NCBI GenBank assembly: GCA_030265395.1
Contig: JARFYF010000002.1
Location: 31,316,599 to 31,380,598, forward strand
DNA length: 64,000 nt
Origin: Rhina ancylostomus
Lineage: Eukaryota
Direction of reading: 5' to 3'
Shown here: in pieces, positions 12,321 through 25,699 of the stretch
How positions within the stretch are numbered: position 1 is the first letter of the stretch
How the letters are laid out: the number at the start of each line of letters is the position of its first letter
The notes under the pieces: generated by a model
What the model was told of the DNA's origin: nothing
What the model saw: only the letters and a program-made list of their open reading frames with translations
Databases searched by the model: none
Translations under genes and position numbers: made by a program

Positions 12321-13119
12321 GAGTAAGGCATAGTGGTTTTTACATTCAATACCAATCCAACTGAAAATAATGCTTTGAAGCTACCTAATACTTGCACTCC
12401 ATTATTTGAATGCTTTTTTAGATTTAGTATTCAGATTGATCTGAAGATATTTCTCAGAATGACTACATTCAAAGAAGTCAGACTGCAAAAATTATCCATA
12501 AACGTTTGGATTTAATTTTTAAATAAATCTGAAATCTTTATTTTAGAGGCACATAGATTAATCAATGCAGAGATCTTTCTTTCAAAATTCAGCAATAATC
12601 TTTTGATTATATTCACTTGGAAAATAACCTTTTACACAGATTTCACTAAACACCTTTTTAAAAAAGAGGAATTAAAAGCAGTTTCAACATCCTATAAAAG
12701 CATAATGAAAACCACCTGAGCCCTGGAGCTTTGTGTAATGGAGGCATATTAATAACTGTACTGTAACTGTACTTTATGAAATAATCCACTTTAATTCTTC
12801 CACATTATGAAGTAACTTATGCTTTAGTGAAAGAAACTTAGAATCGAGGTACATGTATTTTCACATAAAATACCAGAGCCTATAAATTGCTCCATTTTTT
12901 GGGCATTACAGCAATACTGTGAATCACTCTCTGTTGTATGTTAAAGCTGCAAAAATAGGAAGAAGGTTCGCAGTGCAGCATTTCCTGTGTAATGTTGCAC
13001 TGAAACTGATATTGTCCCTTTTTGGGCATCACTTGAAGGAACATGCCACTGTACAAACGGCTACAATGGAATATTGCCAATGAATGAATGGATGCTCCAG
13101 TGATGGGAAGAAGGTACGA

Positions 13120-13310
13120 GAGTGATCTCAGGGAATCAGAAGAACCTGAGCAGGTTGATAAAGAGTAGTATCCACAGGAACCTTTATGCAGGAAGGCTAT
13201 GGAGATCTACTAAGGCAGCATCCCAGTTCTCCTGGGAGAAATTTGCAGGCAGATCATCTAAATATTGTTCTGGAAACCACAAGAAAGATCTCAATGTTTG
13301 TTAGAACCTG
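13120..13310 (+). mobile_element. Possible decayed Myb/SANT-like (PIF/Harbinger ORF2) relic
   Basis: RLWRSTKAASQFSWEKFAGRSS..HKKDLNV resembles the WxxIA..KKFNDL pattern; shares an exact 17-mer (gaaggctatggagatct) with the minus strand near 22715. Confidence 0.35.
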
Positions 13311-14184
13311 CTGAAAACAGCACCATTGAGATCCCATGTGTATTGCCTCTGTTTCAGCATCAATGGGCATTAATAGTCAAATTTCTCAAGCTTCTCGCAT
13401 GTATTCTAACAGGTCTGACCTCAGGATGTAGCCCTTAAAATCACACTATGACAGAAATGCCTTGTGGAATGGTAGGCGTTGCTCCTGCAAGAAGTGTTGA
13501 TCACAAGGTGGCTTCACTCACTTTTCATCTGATGAACATTTGAACAAATTCTCCTTTTGCAGGATTTCTTCAGGCATTTCTGGCTACTAATTTCTGTGGG
13601 GCAATCTGTAGAAGCCACCTGAGGGTGCATTGACTGGGATTCCAGTTGGGTCAGTTGACTTGAGGTTTATTTTGTAATGAGTTAGGCAGTGGTCTGTCTA
13701 TGAATGCATTTAGATAGTCCTGTTGTGGAACCTTTCGCATTAGTAAAAGGTGGTGAGTGAACAGTAAAAGATGCTTATGCCAATATAATTGAAAACTTTG
13801 CTGAGGATATATTTTGGTTGTTGGACTGCAGTTGGAGTCACTTGGGTATGCTGGACATCAAAAAGTCAGCACCAAGAAAACCTGAACCTTAAAGATCATT
13901 CAATTTAATGACTGGTGTTACCTCCCGTAGAAACAGGAACAACATTATTAATGCAATTTTTGTATTGTTTTCACTCAATTGGGGAGGGTGGGGGGATCTT
14001 TACACAAGACATAAAATGGCAGGGGCAATGAAAATCCTGTCAAAAAGTGAGGAGGTGAATTTTCCAACAGATGCCAAGTCATCCAGAAAGGTGCAAAATT
14101 GCTCGAGCTCTGGGTTGAGTTATAGAATCATAGGTCACAAAATCATAGAAACGTACAGCACAGAAATGATTTACAGCTGCATGG

Positions 14185-14500
14185 CACCTTAGCATTCCCT
14201 CAGCAGAGGGGGCCAAAAGCAAGGGCACAGACTTAACGTGATCAGTAGAAGGATGAAAGAAGGATTGAGGAATGTCTTTTCTACCCAGATTGAGATGGGG
14301 CCTGGAACTCACTCCCCTGATAGGTGGTGCAGGCAAAAACCCTCAGCACATTTGAAAAGTACTCTGATGAGTACCTGAAGAACTGTGACCTACAGGGTTA
14401 CGATCCACTTTTGGAAGGTGGGATAGGCTTGTTAGCTCTTGTCTGGCACAGTCCATGGGTCAAATGCCTCCCTCTGTGTCATAAATTTTATACGATTTTA
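14185..14500 (+). mobile_element. CR1 LINE 3' fragment
   Basis: AWNSLP..VVQAKTLSTFEKYSDEYLKNCDLQGY, similar to the CR1 C-terminus. Confidence 0.7.
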
Positions 14501-14989
14501 AGACCTATTTTGGAGTTGTGTGAGAGAATTTCCAGCCCTAGAATTTAACAATTTTACCATTAACATTTTACCATTTCGGCAAATGATACAGATTTATAAT
14601 TAAATTACCCTAGATGTTGTTAATACTTGCAGTAAACCATGTCTCTAATGTTCCAAGGTGGCATGCCAACATTTTCTCTGTTTAAATATTCTTGTCTAGA
14701 AATTCATTAGCTCCATTTTAGGAACATTAAATCATTAAATCACTGCAGTGTTCCAGTGCAGTCTCAAGTCTGTGTACTAGGACCATGGTCATAGATCAGA
14801 ACAATGGTGTAAGCATTTTTTTCAGACGCTACATGTGGATATCAGAAACAGCAAGGCCTCCAGGCACTTCCTATTTTCATTTCCTGCAGCTGCTGGCAAT
14901 TGACCACAAAGCAGCCATAGCAGAGTTTCGGCCTTTAAAGGGACAAGTTCCAGGGCACCTCAACAACAGTAACATTGAGGAGAAAGAGT

Positions 14990-16560
14990 CAGGATCCTCT
15001 GGTTGGGATGCATGAGACCCCTGCCTAGAAAAAGAAGCATCATCGGCAACTTGAGACCGAGATACCTGAGGTCCCTGTGCAGGACAGTAAAAAGAAAAAG
15101 AAGAAACACAATAGCATGGAGCTGTTATTCACTGGGGGAGGATGCAGTAGTGTGCAAGAGGTCTTTAAAAGTCATCACCAACTGAGAGNNNNNNNNNNNN
15201 NNNNNNNNNNNNNNNNNNNNNNNNNNNNNNNNNNNNNNNNNNNNNNNNNNNNNNNNNNNNNNNNNNNNNNNNNNNNNNNNNNNNNNNNNNNNNNNNNNNN
15301 NNNNNNNNNNNNNNNNNNNNNNNNNNNNNNNNNNNNNNNNNNNNNNNNNNNNNNNNNNNNNNNNNNNNNNNNNNNNNNNNNNNNNNNNNNNNNNNNNNNN
15401 NNNNNNNNNNNNNNNNNNNNNNNNNNNNNNNNNNNNNNNNNNNNNNNNNNNNNNNNNNNNNNNNNNNNNNNNNNNNNNNNNNNNNNNNNNNNNNNNNNNN
15501 NNNNNNNNNNNNNNNNNNNNNNNNNNNNNNNNNNNNNNNNNNNNNNNNNNNNNNNNNNNNNNNNNNNNNNNNNNNNNNNNNNNNNNNNNNNNNNNNNNNN
15601 NNNNNNNNNNNNNNGCAAACTCCACATAGAGAGTACTCAAGGTCATGATTGAAACTGGGCCTCCGAAGCTGTGAAGCAGCAGTTTTGACTGCTACATGAC
15701 TGTGCTGCTCTAGAACATTGTTTGTTAATAAGATTCTAGTCTCAGTTCAGTGTCTCAACAACATGTTTCTTCTTTCTGCGTCAAGCCATCTGCTTGCTGA
15801 TTGATGTGATCTGTATCCAATACAAAGAATATAATGCAGCAGTAAGTACAAAATAGCGTACTTTCATCTAACAACCTAGTAATCTAGTTCCTTACTATTT
15901 ACTTACTGTAACATAACATTTATAAAAATGAAAGTGTGCAAGTACGTTCCCCAGAATCACAATGGTTATTCATGTTTTACTCTAATTATTCATCAATGCA
16001 GGCAATTCAGTGAAACCTCTTCCTTTACTCCTCCCCAGCTCAATCACCAGCAACAGGAGGAGAAGAAGGAGAAGGAACAGATGAGGGTTTAGAGGAAGAA
16101 AAATGCACTGAGTCACTGTGGCTGACACTGTTACGGAGTGCTCGAAGGGTGTGTGGCCCATGGAGGCACACCTGACAATAGTGGGTTGCAGGGAGAGGAT
16201 GAAACAGAAAATCTGGTGCGGGGCTTGTCAGGAGAGTCCACATATCGGTACTGCCCTNNNNNNNNNNNNNNNNNNNNNNNNNNNNNNNNNNNNNNNNNNN
16301 NNNNNNNNNNNNNNNNNNNNNNNNNNNNNNNNNNNNNNNNNNNNNNNNNNNNNNNNNTACTGCCCTGCAGCGAAGAGGACGATGGCAGAGGGCACACAGG
16401 GTGGTTGAAGCATCAGTCATGTCTTCATGACTGGATGCAAGATTTGGCACGGGGAATTCCAAGTCACAACTCATGCAGGAAGTTGAAGAGAACCAGGAGA
16501 ACATTGCTTCCATTTGGGAAAACAACAAGCACCACTGTGTATCCAACCCATTTTACAGTA
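14990..16560 (+). mobile_element. Possible decayed Harbinger Myb/SANT gene relic (gapped)
   Basis: Basic PEVPVQDSKKKKKK..CKRSLK segment, then an acceptor-like tcctttactcctccccag at 16038 and acidic QSPATGGEEGEGTDEGLEEEKCTESLWLTL; similarity judged by eye only. Confidence 0.3.
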
Positions 16561-18614
16561 TCCAGTGTCAGCTTCCACTGTGCTTCTTCTGAGACTCAGG
16601 TTGGCGTTGTTAAAACTCTGGGTGGGAAAGTCAGAAGCAGGTTTCAGTCATGTGAATTTGGAGGGTTTTATAATTGTCCATTTCGTCTTTAGCAGGCAAA
16701 GCCATTGCTAAATCTTTGGAAATGCTGCATTTCCCCATCAGCAATATCTGTTGCTTGAGGGCTTGGATGAAGTCCATCAAAGAAGACCATGAATACAAGA
16801 AGTTAGCCAGTTCTATTGGTTGGAAACTTCAAAGTGGCACTCAGAAAGCCAAAGAATTTTTATACTTCATTAACTTTAGTATTATGAGCAGGATGGTTAC
16901 AATGCTTTGTTCAGCCACACAACCATTGCTCCCTTTTGCTTTCCCCTCCCTGAATCTATGCACTATAAAAATAGAAAGATATCACCAACCAACTGGGTTT
17001 GTATCTGCTACTTGCAGGATGTGACAGATGGACAGGGAATATTTTCACAGTGTGGAAATATCAAGGCAGAATTTGATATTAAACTGCAAGGTCACAGACC
17101 AGGGATAAACTTTCAAAGTTCACACCTTAGTTGGCTCATGTCATTCTGTTTTTAAAATATTTATGGAATGACTCAAAAATCTTGCTCTTAAATATTGACA
17201 ATCATTTTTAAAATGTTATTACTCTGATGAGGTGACTTGCTGCTAAATTAGATATCTAAGATTGGAAAAATACAATCTTTGGCAATAAACTCCAAAAGCC
17301 AATGCAAGCTTTGATAAAGCCAAGTCTGGACTGGATTGCAAAGGTGGCAGTAAGATGTTGTAAGTGGAAGAAATCTGCTGGGCCACAATGGGAAATGGGA
17401 AATGTTATGGGCAGGTACCCATTGCTTATTTTACATACCATGTGTTTATTTTTCATGGGTGAGATTTTATTCCCATTGCCTCCATAGCTAACCTTGTTTG
17501 TACTCTTATTTGTAAGGGAAAACACTTGCCTACAATTCATTAATATTTGTAGAGAAGATATTCTCTAGGAAGGCCAAAAGGGGCTAAAATGTTGCTAAAT
17601 GATGGCTTGGATTTAATGAGGTTGAGATTTTTCCAGTGCCTACAAAAATTATTGATTTCTGTGGTGTGGACTTCCACTTTATTGGTCTTGAATGCTGTCA
17701 GACTGGCTTGGCTGTTGTTCAAACCCAATATGGATAACCAGCTAATTGCATTAAAGAACTCTCCTAGACAAATTAGAAAAATGTGCAATTTTTAATTACT
17801 ATTTTTAAACTTTTTACTAAATGTAAAACAAAAGCTAGAAATGTATGTGATCATGGTAAGGGCCAAAATGCCATAATTTTAAAAAAATCAATCCACAGGT
17901 CCAGCACAGGGTCTGTTGGTGTAAATCCTGTATATCTTTTGGTTCAGTCAGCTATCAAATTTCTCAAAAAAGATACTCTGATGTTCAAAAACATTCAAAA
18001 ATGATTTTAAATTATTCAAACCATTAAAGAAAATATAAAAAATTAACCATTAAAACCATTAAAAATATCAAAAGTATTTAAATTAACTTAAAACATTGAT
18101 AAACTAAGTTGTTAACTGCTCTTCTTCTTCTTTCAAATGAATGGAGCTACGGTTCATGTTTAAGGTCTAACCTGACAGAAATTCAATAGGCAGGTTCTCC
18201 AACATAATCTCCAGAGTAATGCAGGACATTTGTGTTCCACCGTTGGAACAGGGTGGTTATCAAAACCCCAAGACACTCCCCCAGGAGTCCTAAACTTCCT
18301 TACTGTTGATTAGTGAAATTATTTCTCTGATTGTGAAGGAGTTTGGTGAAAAGCAGCACAGCTTGTGAAGGGCTGAATTACTGACAGGACTTTTAGGATT
18401 TCTGAACTAAACTGTTCACACCTAGAAATCCCAAAGCTACTGTCACTTTCCAGGCTTAAAGCCAACAGATGCTGAGAGATTCATCAACATTTCATCTGTA
18501 ATATCCAGACCACAATGAGGTAGGTTTTGTGCTACACTTGCAATGTGGCACATGCTGGAATCAAGTACAAATCTCTGGTACCGGACTAACAACAAACTGC
18601 ATGATATACTCAAA

Positions 18615-19075
18615 TCATAGAATCATAGGATGATACAGCACAGAAACAGGTTCTTTCAGCCCACCTTGTCCATGCCGACTGTGATGTCCATCTAAGCTAA
18701 TCCCATTTTCCCGCATGAAGATCATATCCCTCTACCTCTTTCCTATCCAAGCGCCTGTCCAAACGTCTTTTAAATGTTGTGACTGGACCTGCTTCTACCA
18801 ACTCCTCTGGCAGTTTGTTCCAGATATTCACCACTCTCTGTATAGAAAAACTTACTCCTCAAATCTCCTTTGAATTTTTCCCTTGTCACCTTAAACCTAT
18901 GCCCTCTAGTTCTAGACTCCCATGCCCTGGGAAGAAGATTCTGACAATCTGTTCTATATCTGCCCATCATTATTTTATAAACCACCATAAGATTACCCTT
19001 CAGCCTCTTATGCTTCACTAAGCCTATCCAATTCCTTCTCATAACTACAGCCCTCCATTCGAGGCAACATACTTG
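18615..19075 (-). mobile_element. CR1 LINE 3' fragment
   Basis: RLKGNLMVVYKIMMG..NLLPRAWESRTRGHRFKVTREKFKGDLRSKFF; (atcatag)n tail. Confidence 0.85.
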
Positions 19076-19554
19076 CAGCATAGTTTGGAACTAACTGAAT
19101 CAAACTAATTCTATTCTCAAAACTACTTACTTGCCCACTCTGATGTTAATTGTATGCCAATTACTCTATTACAAGGGGATTACTGGAGCAAGTAGGAGTA
19201 AATATGAAGTAAGGAGATTTAATTCTTTTGCACTCACAGGCAGCTGAAGCAAACCTAGTGAGAATACTAATAAAATCTACTGAATAAACTTCTTTCTGTT
19301 GGAATAAAGCTATATCTGTACTTTTACTACAAAAATATGACTTTGTTCTATTTTAAGATTTATTTTCAAATTTCTTTACTTGAAAGTGATTTCCCATTGT
19401 TGATTTAATGATGATTTTCCCTTGTTGTTCTGAAGTCATGCTAGTGCTACATCATGATCTATTAAATCTACACAACAGATGCAGACACCTCTGTACTACC
19501 TGCCTGCTCTTACTGTCTTTAATGGTGGTCACCCATTTTCTCTTTTCCTGTGCC

Positions 19555-19885
19555 CATGGTGACACTGTGTGTAGGGTTATAGAGCCACTGCTTTACAGCA
19601 TCAGAGTTCAGCCCTGTCCTCGGGTGCTGTCTGTGTGCAGTTTGCATGTTCCTCCTGTGAACAAGTGGGTTTCCTCCAGGTGCTCTGCTTTCCTTCCACA
19701 TCCTAAAGGCGTGTGGGTTGGTAGGTTAATTCCCCACTGTAACTTGTTCTGGGGGAGCTGATAAGCATGTGGGGGAGAATAAAAATTGGATTAATGTAGG
19801 ATTAGAGTAAAAGGGTGGTCGATGCTTTGCACAGATTTGGTGTGCTGAAGGAGCTGTTTCCATGCCATATCTCTTTATGACTCAA
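19555..19885 (+). mobile_element. V-SINE (HE1-like) with CR1-derived tail
   Basis: V-domain gtgctgtctgtgtgcagtttgcatgttc..gtgggtttcctccaggtgctctgctttccttccacatcc; tail gctgaaggagctgtttccatgccatatctc. Confidence 0.8.
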
Positions 19886-20712
19886 TGAATTTAAACTGAT
19901 TTTTGCTTGCATTTACCCAGCACACAATTGTCCTCATACCTCCATCATGCACTATCAATATTTCCTATAATTTTATCCCTTATGTGTTTTTCAAGGTTCC
20001 CCACAATTGCATGTCTGATATTTTTTTTACTTATTCCTTATGGTACCCATTCCCTTTTCTTACCTCACCTTGAATAAAGAACATTCCTGGTTGGATTTAT
20101 AAGTGACAATCTTGAAGTTCAAAGCCTAGAAATTCCATTGCACAACTCAAAGAAAATGACAGGTACTGGAAATCTGAAATAAAAATAGAAAATACTGGAA
20201 ACTACATTTTAATATTTCAGTCCTGAAATGCAATATTGCTCCTGAAATATTAACTCTGAGCATTTAAAATCAGAGTAGAGCAATATTGCATTCTTTTCTG
20301 GGTGTCTTACTGCCTATTGGGAAAATTGGGCCTGACTTTTTGGAAGAATTTTCTTGTGGCTTAGCGTCACTTTTCACAAGGTAAAACACTTCAAATGGCG
20401 TCAATAATGTATCATCCAAAATTTGGCTCCATCATGATTTCAACCTCTGAAAAATGGGAATTATGCCTATAAATTTGATTTCGTCTATATCTGATTCACT
20501 GGACCAATGCTATGTTTAGCTTTAATGCCAGGTTGGAAAACCCATTAAGAAATCACTAAGTTGTTGAAATTTATTTTCAAACAATTGTCCGACTGGCTTG
20601 CGTATGCAATGANNNNNNNNNNNNNNNNNNNNNNNNNNNNNNNNNNNNNNNNNNNNNNNNNNNNNNNNNNNNNNNNNNNNNNNNNNNNNNNNNNNNNNNN
20701 NNNNNNNNNNNN

Positions 20713-22025
20713 GCAGATGAGATTCATGGTGACTTTGTAGACTGGATTTAAAATTGGCATGGCCATAGAAAGCAGAGCGTAGAGGTAAAGGGATGTTATT
20801 CTGACTGGAGGATTGTGATGAGCAGTGTTCCACGAGGATCAGTGCTGGGACCTCCATTGTTTGTGAGATGTACTGTATATAAATGATTTGGATGAAAATG
20901 TAGGTGGGCTAATTGGTAAGTCTGCAGATGACACAAAAATTGACAGTTGTCAAAGGATACAACAGGATATAGATCAGTTGGAAATATAGGTGGAGAAATG
21001 GCAGATGGAGTTTAATCTGGACAAGTGTGAGGTGTTGCACTTTGGGAAAGGAAAGTAAGAGGAAAGCATACAGTAAATGGCAGGACCCTTAGGAGCATTG
21101 AAGTACTGAGGCATCTTGAGGTGCAAGTCCATACCTCCATGAAAGTGCCAACACAAGTGGGTGCGGTGGTAATGAAGGCATACAGCATAGTTCATTGGTT
21201 GGGGCATTGAGTAAAAAAGTCAGGAAATCATGCTGCAGCTGTATAAAACTTAGGTGAGGTCACATTTGGAGTACTGTGCAGCTTCTTTCGCCCAGTTACA
21301 GGAAGGATGTGAAGGCTTTGGAGAGGGTGCAGAAGAGGTTGTTTTCTCTGGTGCCTCAGAGGTTGAAGGGTGATCTGGTAGAAGTGCACCAAATCATGAG
21401 AGGCATAGATACGGTAGATGGTCAGAGTCTTTATCCCAGGGTGGAAATGTCAAATGCTTTAGGGCATAGGTTTAAGGTGAGAGGGGAAAAGTTTCATGGA
21501 CATGGCTTTAAAATGATAGGTGGAAAGTTCAAGGGAGATGTCAGAGGGAGGTTTTTCATCCAGTGAGTGGTTAGGACATGGAATATGCTGCCTGAGGTGG
21601 TGGTGGAGGCAGATACGTTGATCAAGTTCAAGAGATTGTTGGATAGACATATGGAGGAATTTAAGATGGAGGGATATGTGGGAGGAAGGAGTTAGATAGT
21701 CTTAGGTATGGTTTTTGAAAGGCGGCACAACATAGTGGGCCGAAGGACCTGTATTGTGCTGTATTGTTCTATGGTTCTATGGAGATTTACAAGGCAAATT
21801 TTTTTTTACACAGAGAGTGGTAGGTATCTGGAAGGCTCTGCAAGGGGAGGGAGTGGAAGCAGATACAATATCAACATTTAAGAGGCATTTAGACAGGCAC
21901 ATAGACAGGCAGGAAATGGAATAGAGGCAGGGAATAGACCATGACAGGCAGCTGGGATTAGTTTAAACAGGCATCTTGGTTGCTACAAACATTGTGGGCC
22001 AAATATCCTGTTCTTGTGCTATCCT
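20713..22025 (+). mobile_element. CR1 LINE RT-to-3' fragment with a nested CR1
   Basis: SVPRGSVLGPPLF..INDLD..KSADDTK..WQMEFNLDKCEVLHFG..YRKDVKALERVQKR; (tgttcta)n tail at about 22040. Confidence 0.9.
21501..21778 (+). mobile_element. Nested CR1 3' fragment with ATGGA duplication
   Basis: A second HGFKMIGGKFKGDVRGRFF segment with its own tail; ATGGA at 21496-21500 and 21779-21783. Confidence 0.75.
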
Positions 22026-22049
22026 ATTGTATGTTCTATGTTCATTAGA

Positions 22050-22800
22050 TGGTTACCAACAGCACCAATGCAGAGAGCTTGCATTTGGCCTATCATTCAT
22101 GGTCTGATCACTGGAAAGTGAGTCAGTGCCTTAAGTTACCCTCTCCAAGGCAGGCACAGAACAATGGTGGCCATGAAAAGTCTGCCATGGAGCTGCGACA
22201 GCACCAGAGACAGAGTGGGAAAATAACATTCTGCATTGGGATTTGAGAACCTTCCAGATGTGGTGGTCTGCCCAATGGATCCCCATACAGCAAATGGCTC
22301 CATCTACTGTGAGGTATAGGAACATGACAGGGCCAATCACCTCTGCATCTTGCATGGACACCATAACACAGAAATGCTGTGAGCTTTATGTGATGCCTGT
22401 GGATCTCCTATCACCTCTACTGCAGATTTCACGTGTGCCTGAGAGATCAAAGTCACAGAGTCTCAGCACGTCCACTCCATCACCACTGATGTCTGCCTCA
22501 ACTCTGCTTGTTTCATTATCTCACCCACACTGCATATTGAAGGAGAGTAGACTCAATCTACTTTTCCTTCAGCCACAGAAGCAGACAGAGAAGGCATAAG
22601 CATTTGGTCACATTAAGATTTCCCCAATGGGCAGGTATTCATTGACTGCACATAGAGAGGTCTTCCAGGCAATTTCCAACTAAAAACATTTAGTTGTAGC
22701 CCTGGAAGATCTCCATAGCCTTCTTACACAAATAGTAGATCTCTTGCTGACATTGTTCTTCATTAACATCCTTGTCCTCTAACCCTCTTGAAGAATTTTC
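22050..22800 (-). mobile_element. Possible decayed Harbinger Myb/SANT gene relic
   Basis: Minus frame VSKRSTICVRRLWRSSRATTKCF*LEIAWKTSLCAV..ENLNV, similar to 13120-13310. Confidence 0.35.
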
Positions 22801-23169
22801 CCATCCCCATCCCATCATTGTGTCATCTATTCATTAAGCAGCAATACTCACCAGTAGCTGGAAGAATGCTGCTTGTATTGTGATATGTCCCTTTAAAGGG
22901 TTGGCTGCTGAGGCTGTTGATGTTAGGCTAAGTGTCAACAGCTCTGGGAGCATGCAACGGATCAAAATAATAGTGCATGCTGAAACAAATACAAGCAATG
23001 TTGTCCTGGGAATATTACAACTGAAGATCATGCTGTTGATAGGACCTTTTATAAACAGCATTAGGGTGATAGATAACAATGTTTTAATCTATTAAACTGT
23101 AAAACAATTGCTCAATAATAATGTCTAGTTTTGGATTTTCTCACATGGAACTATTTTGTCTATGTCTAC

Positions 23170-23205
23170 TGTTACGGACTAGGTTACAATTAGTGAGGTT
23201 CCTTT

Positions 23206-23259
<54 letters not shown>

Positions 23260-23456
23260 NNNNNNNNNNNNNNNNNNNNNNNNNNNNNNNNNNNNNNNNN
23301 NNNNNNNNNNNNNNNNNNNNNNNNNNNNNNNNNNNNNNNNNNNNNNNNNNNNNNNNNNNCTTTTATTTTACTTATTATCATAGGTAGTTATTAATAAAGT
23401 AGTTTTTAACACTTATACATGTCTCGGTGTGTTTCTCTTGTTGCTGGTACGTAACA
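23170..23456 (+). mobile_element. Solo LTR (Gypsy-type) with internal (TG)n and assembly gap
   Basis: Termini TGTTACG...CGTAACA (perfect 7-bp inverted repeat); 4-bp TSD CTAC at 23166-23169 and 23457-23460; AATAAA about 60 bp before the end. Confidence 0.85.
23208..23259. repeat. (TG)n microsatellite running into a gap
   Basis: Direct observation. Confidence 0.95.
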
Positions 23457-25568
23457 CTACCTTCTCAAAAACTTTCAATATCTTCTACTACAACATTTTT
23501 CATAAGTATTGAAGGACTGTGACACTTCTTTTTATGGGTGGGATGGGGTAAGTGCAGGGAAGAGGGGTTGCAGGCATTGTGAATTTAGCATTGAACTTGG
23601 CAATGACTCATCTTGTCAGTAGAGTTCCTTATCAGTGAAGAACGGTTTAGAACTGTGACCTGTGCATTATCTTTACTGCAAAGCTCATATCTCAACAGAG
23701 GACATTTAAAATGGCTTTTAAAATAATATTATGTTATTTTAAATTGTTTGTTGAATAAATTTGTCTTTCTTGTTTTCATTTACCATGCCACTAGGAGGTG
23801 ATATTTACCTATGTATAGAGTTTTACATATTAAGAAACAGAGAGGATACTGTTGGAATAAAATAAAGAGTAAAGAAGAACATTGAAGACAATTTCTCCTT
23901 TTGGTAAATTATTTCATAGTTGCACCATCAAACTAAATCTGGGTTAAATGGGTCGGTAGGTGATTTGTTCTAATGCTTTTTTCTAAGCAGCTAATGGGAA
24001 GTCAATGAGATCATGACTTGCTTTGTGATTGTTTTTTTTATTCCCTGGAGGAAGCATCATGCTTTCTCTGATGTCCTAGCTAACACTATGAAAATAAAAA
24101 AGGTGCTTGAATAGGAAGCAATTACTCTAAACATTGCAATTGTAAACTACAAGGGTGCTTTGGATGAAATTCAAAACCGTCCTACATCAAATAAAATTTT
24201 GCCATTTAAGATATGTATTTCCCCAGCACAGTTGACCTACAGTTACCCTGACACCATTGGCATTCAGTGTTCCTGACACTGACAACTTTTCTATACACAG
24301 TTCTTAGAGGAATCCAAAGACCTGTCTTTATTTTATTTGTATTTTTAAAGCAGAATTCACACTGTCCACAGTTATTTTATGAAAGGAGTTTCACCTGACC
24401 ATACATTAAGCAAGTGTGTGAAAATATGTCAGTGGTCACCCCTTGCAGGATCATTTATTCCATTAGTACAAACTGGATTCAACTCTGGGTACCAAAGCTC
24501 AAGAGGTATAAAAATGTAAAAGCCAAATAGGCAAGTCTGATAAAGATGTGAAGTTCATCTGATCCTGTAATTTCAATGTTCAGCATTTAATACATTGCAC
24601 ATTATTTATGGTTATTTCTCAACATTATGAAGTATTTTTGAAGTTTAGTGCTTCGAGGATGACATTTAATGTTAGATGTTGTAATGCCAGAGTTTATTTT
24701 GACTCTTCGTGATGCCTATTTCACTCAGTAAGTGCTGAATATCTCAAGTATTAGCACATATTTATTTGAAATACTGTTTAACACTTTTTTTGTCACTGTA
24801 TATATGCTAGAGCAATTAGTATGAAAAATCTTTAGATAAGACCAAAAATTTATAATATGGCAAAGAAATGTTTCTGATGAAATATTTTGAGATTTAGCAG
24901 CAAAGTTACTGTATTAAAGATTTCTTGACTGAAATTCTGTAGCAATCTTGAAGCAAGAGACACTTGTGACAAGAGGAACAAAATTTTTATTCTTAGGTCA
25001 TAAAAAATATATCAAATTAATAAAGATAGTGATCTATAGAATTGAATTCATTTTGGAATTAATTTTTATTTCCACATTTATCTCTTGTGCATCAGGCACC
25101 ATTTCCCAACTAGACGGTACAGGTCAGGAACACAGCTTTAAAGCTGTTCCCCTGCACTGCCCAATCAGGTTGCAGAGCATCTCAAGGTGCTCTGGGCTGA
25201 TGCTTTTACCATCCTATGGGGACAGTCTGCTCTTCACTTTGTTCTAGTTATTATTGAAATTATTGAATTGCCCAATATCAAGAATCTGTGTGTGGTAAAT
25301 CATAGCAGAAAANNNNNNNNNNNNNNNNNNNNNNNNNNNNNNNNNNNNNNNNNCCTTTTCTCTATCGTATGGATAGAGGAGACCATGCTCGGGGATCTGT
25401 AATGATGACAATGGTGACAATTCCAATTGCAATTATTACAGACGGGGTCACCCTATTGTCTGCCACAGGGAAGGTCATTGCACTTCATCCTCCTTATTGC
25501 AGTGGTCGAAGACTTTGTCTCAGAGTTACAGTGTGAATCCTGGTTGTCAAAGATATCCCCAATGTTCC

Positions 25569-25699
25569 AGATGTAATGTTTCATTCTTCCTGATGTAATG
25601 CTGATCCTCTGATGTAATGTTGATCGCTGATATTCCTGACGTAATGCTGATCCCCAAACCCCTGATGTAATGCTGATTCCTAGTCTTCCCGATGTAATG
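25569..25699. repeat. Six-copy irregular array of (T)GATGTAATG
   Basis: Cores start at 25569, 25591, 25610, 25637 (TGACGTAATG), 25663 and 25690, with non-identical spacers. Confidence 0.9.

Noticed and set aside
15077-15652. Long ORFs spanning N runs (also 16138-16692, 20522-20857, 26008-26637, 61313-61798)
   Set aside because: Open only because the N gaps contain no stop codons
15786-15841. 56-nt exon-like segment (ICLLIDVICIQYKEYNAA) with GTAAGT donor
   Set aside because: AAG acceptor, no recognisable homology, lies inside a probable transposon relic; insufficient support
25569-25699. CRISPR-like look of repeat plus variable spacer
   Set aside because: Eukaryotic DNA, repeats only 10-17 bp, spacers short and low-complexity, no cas genes
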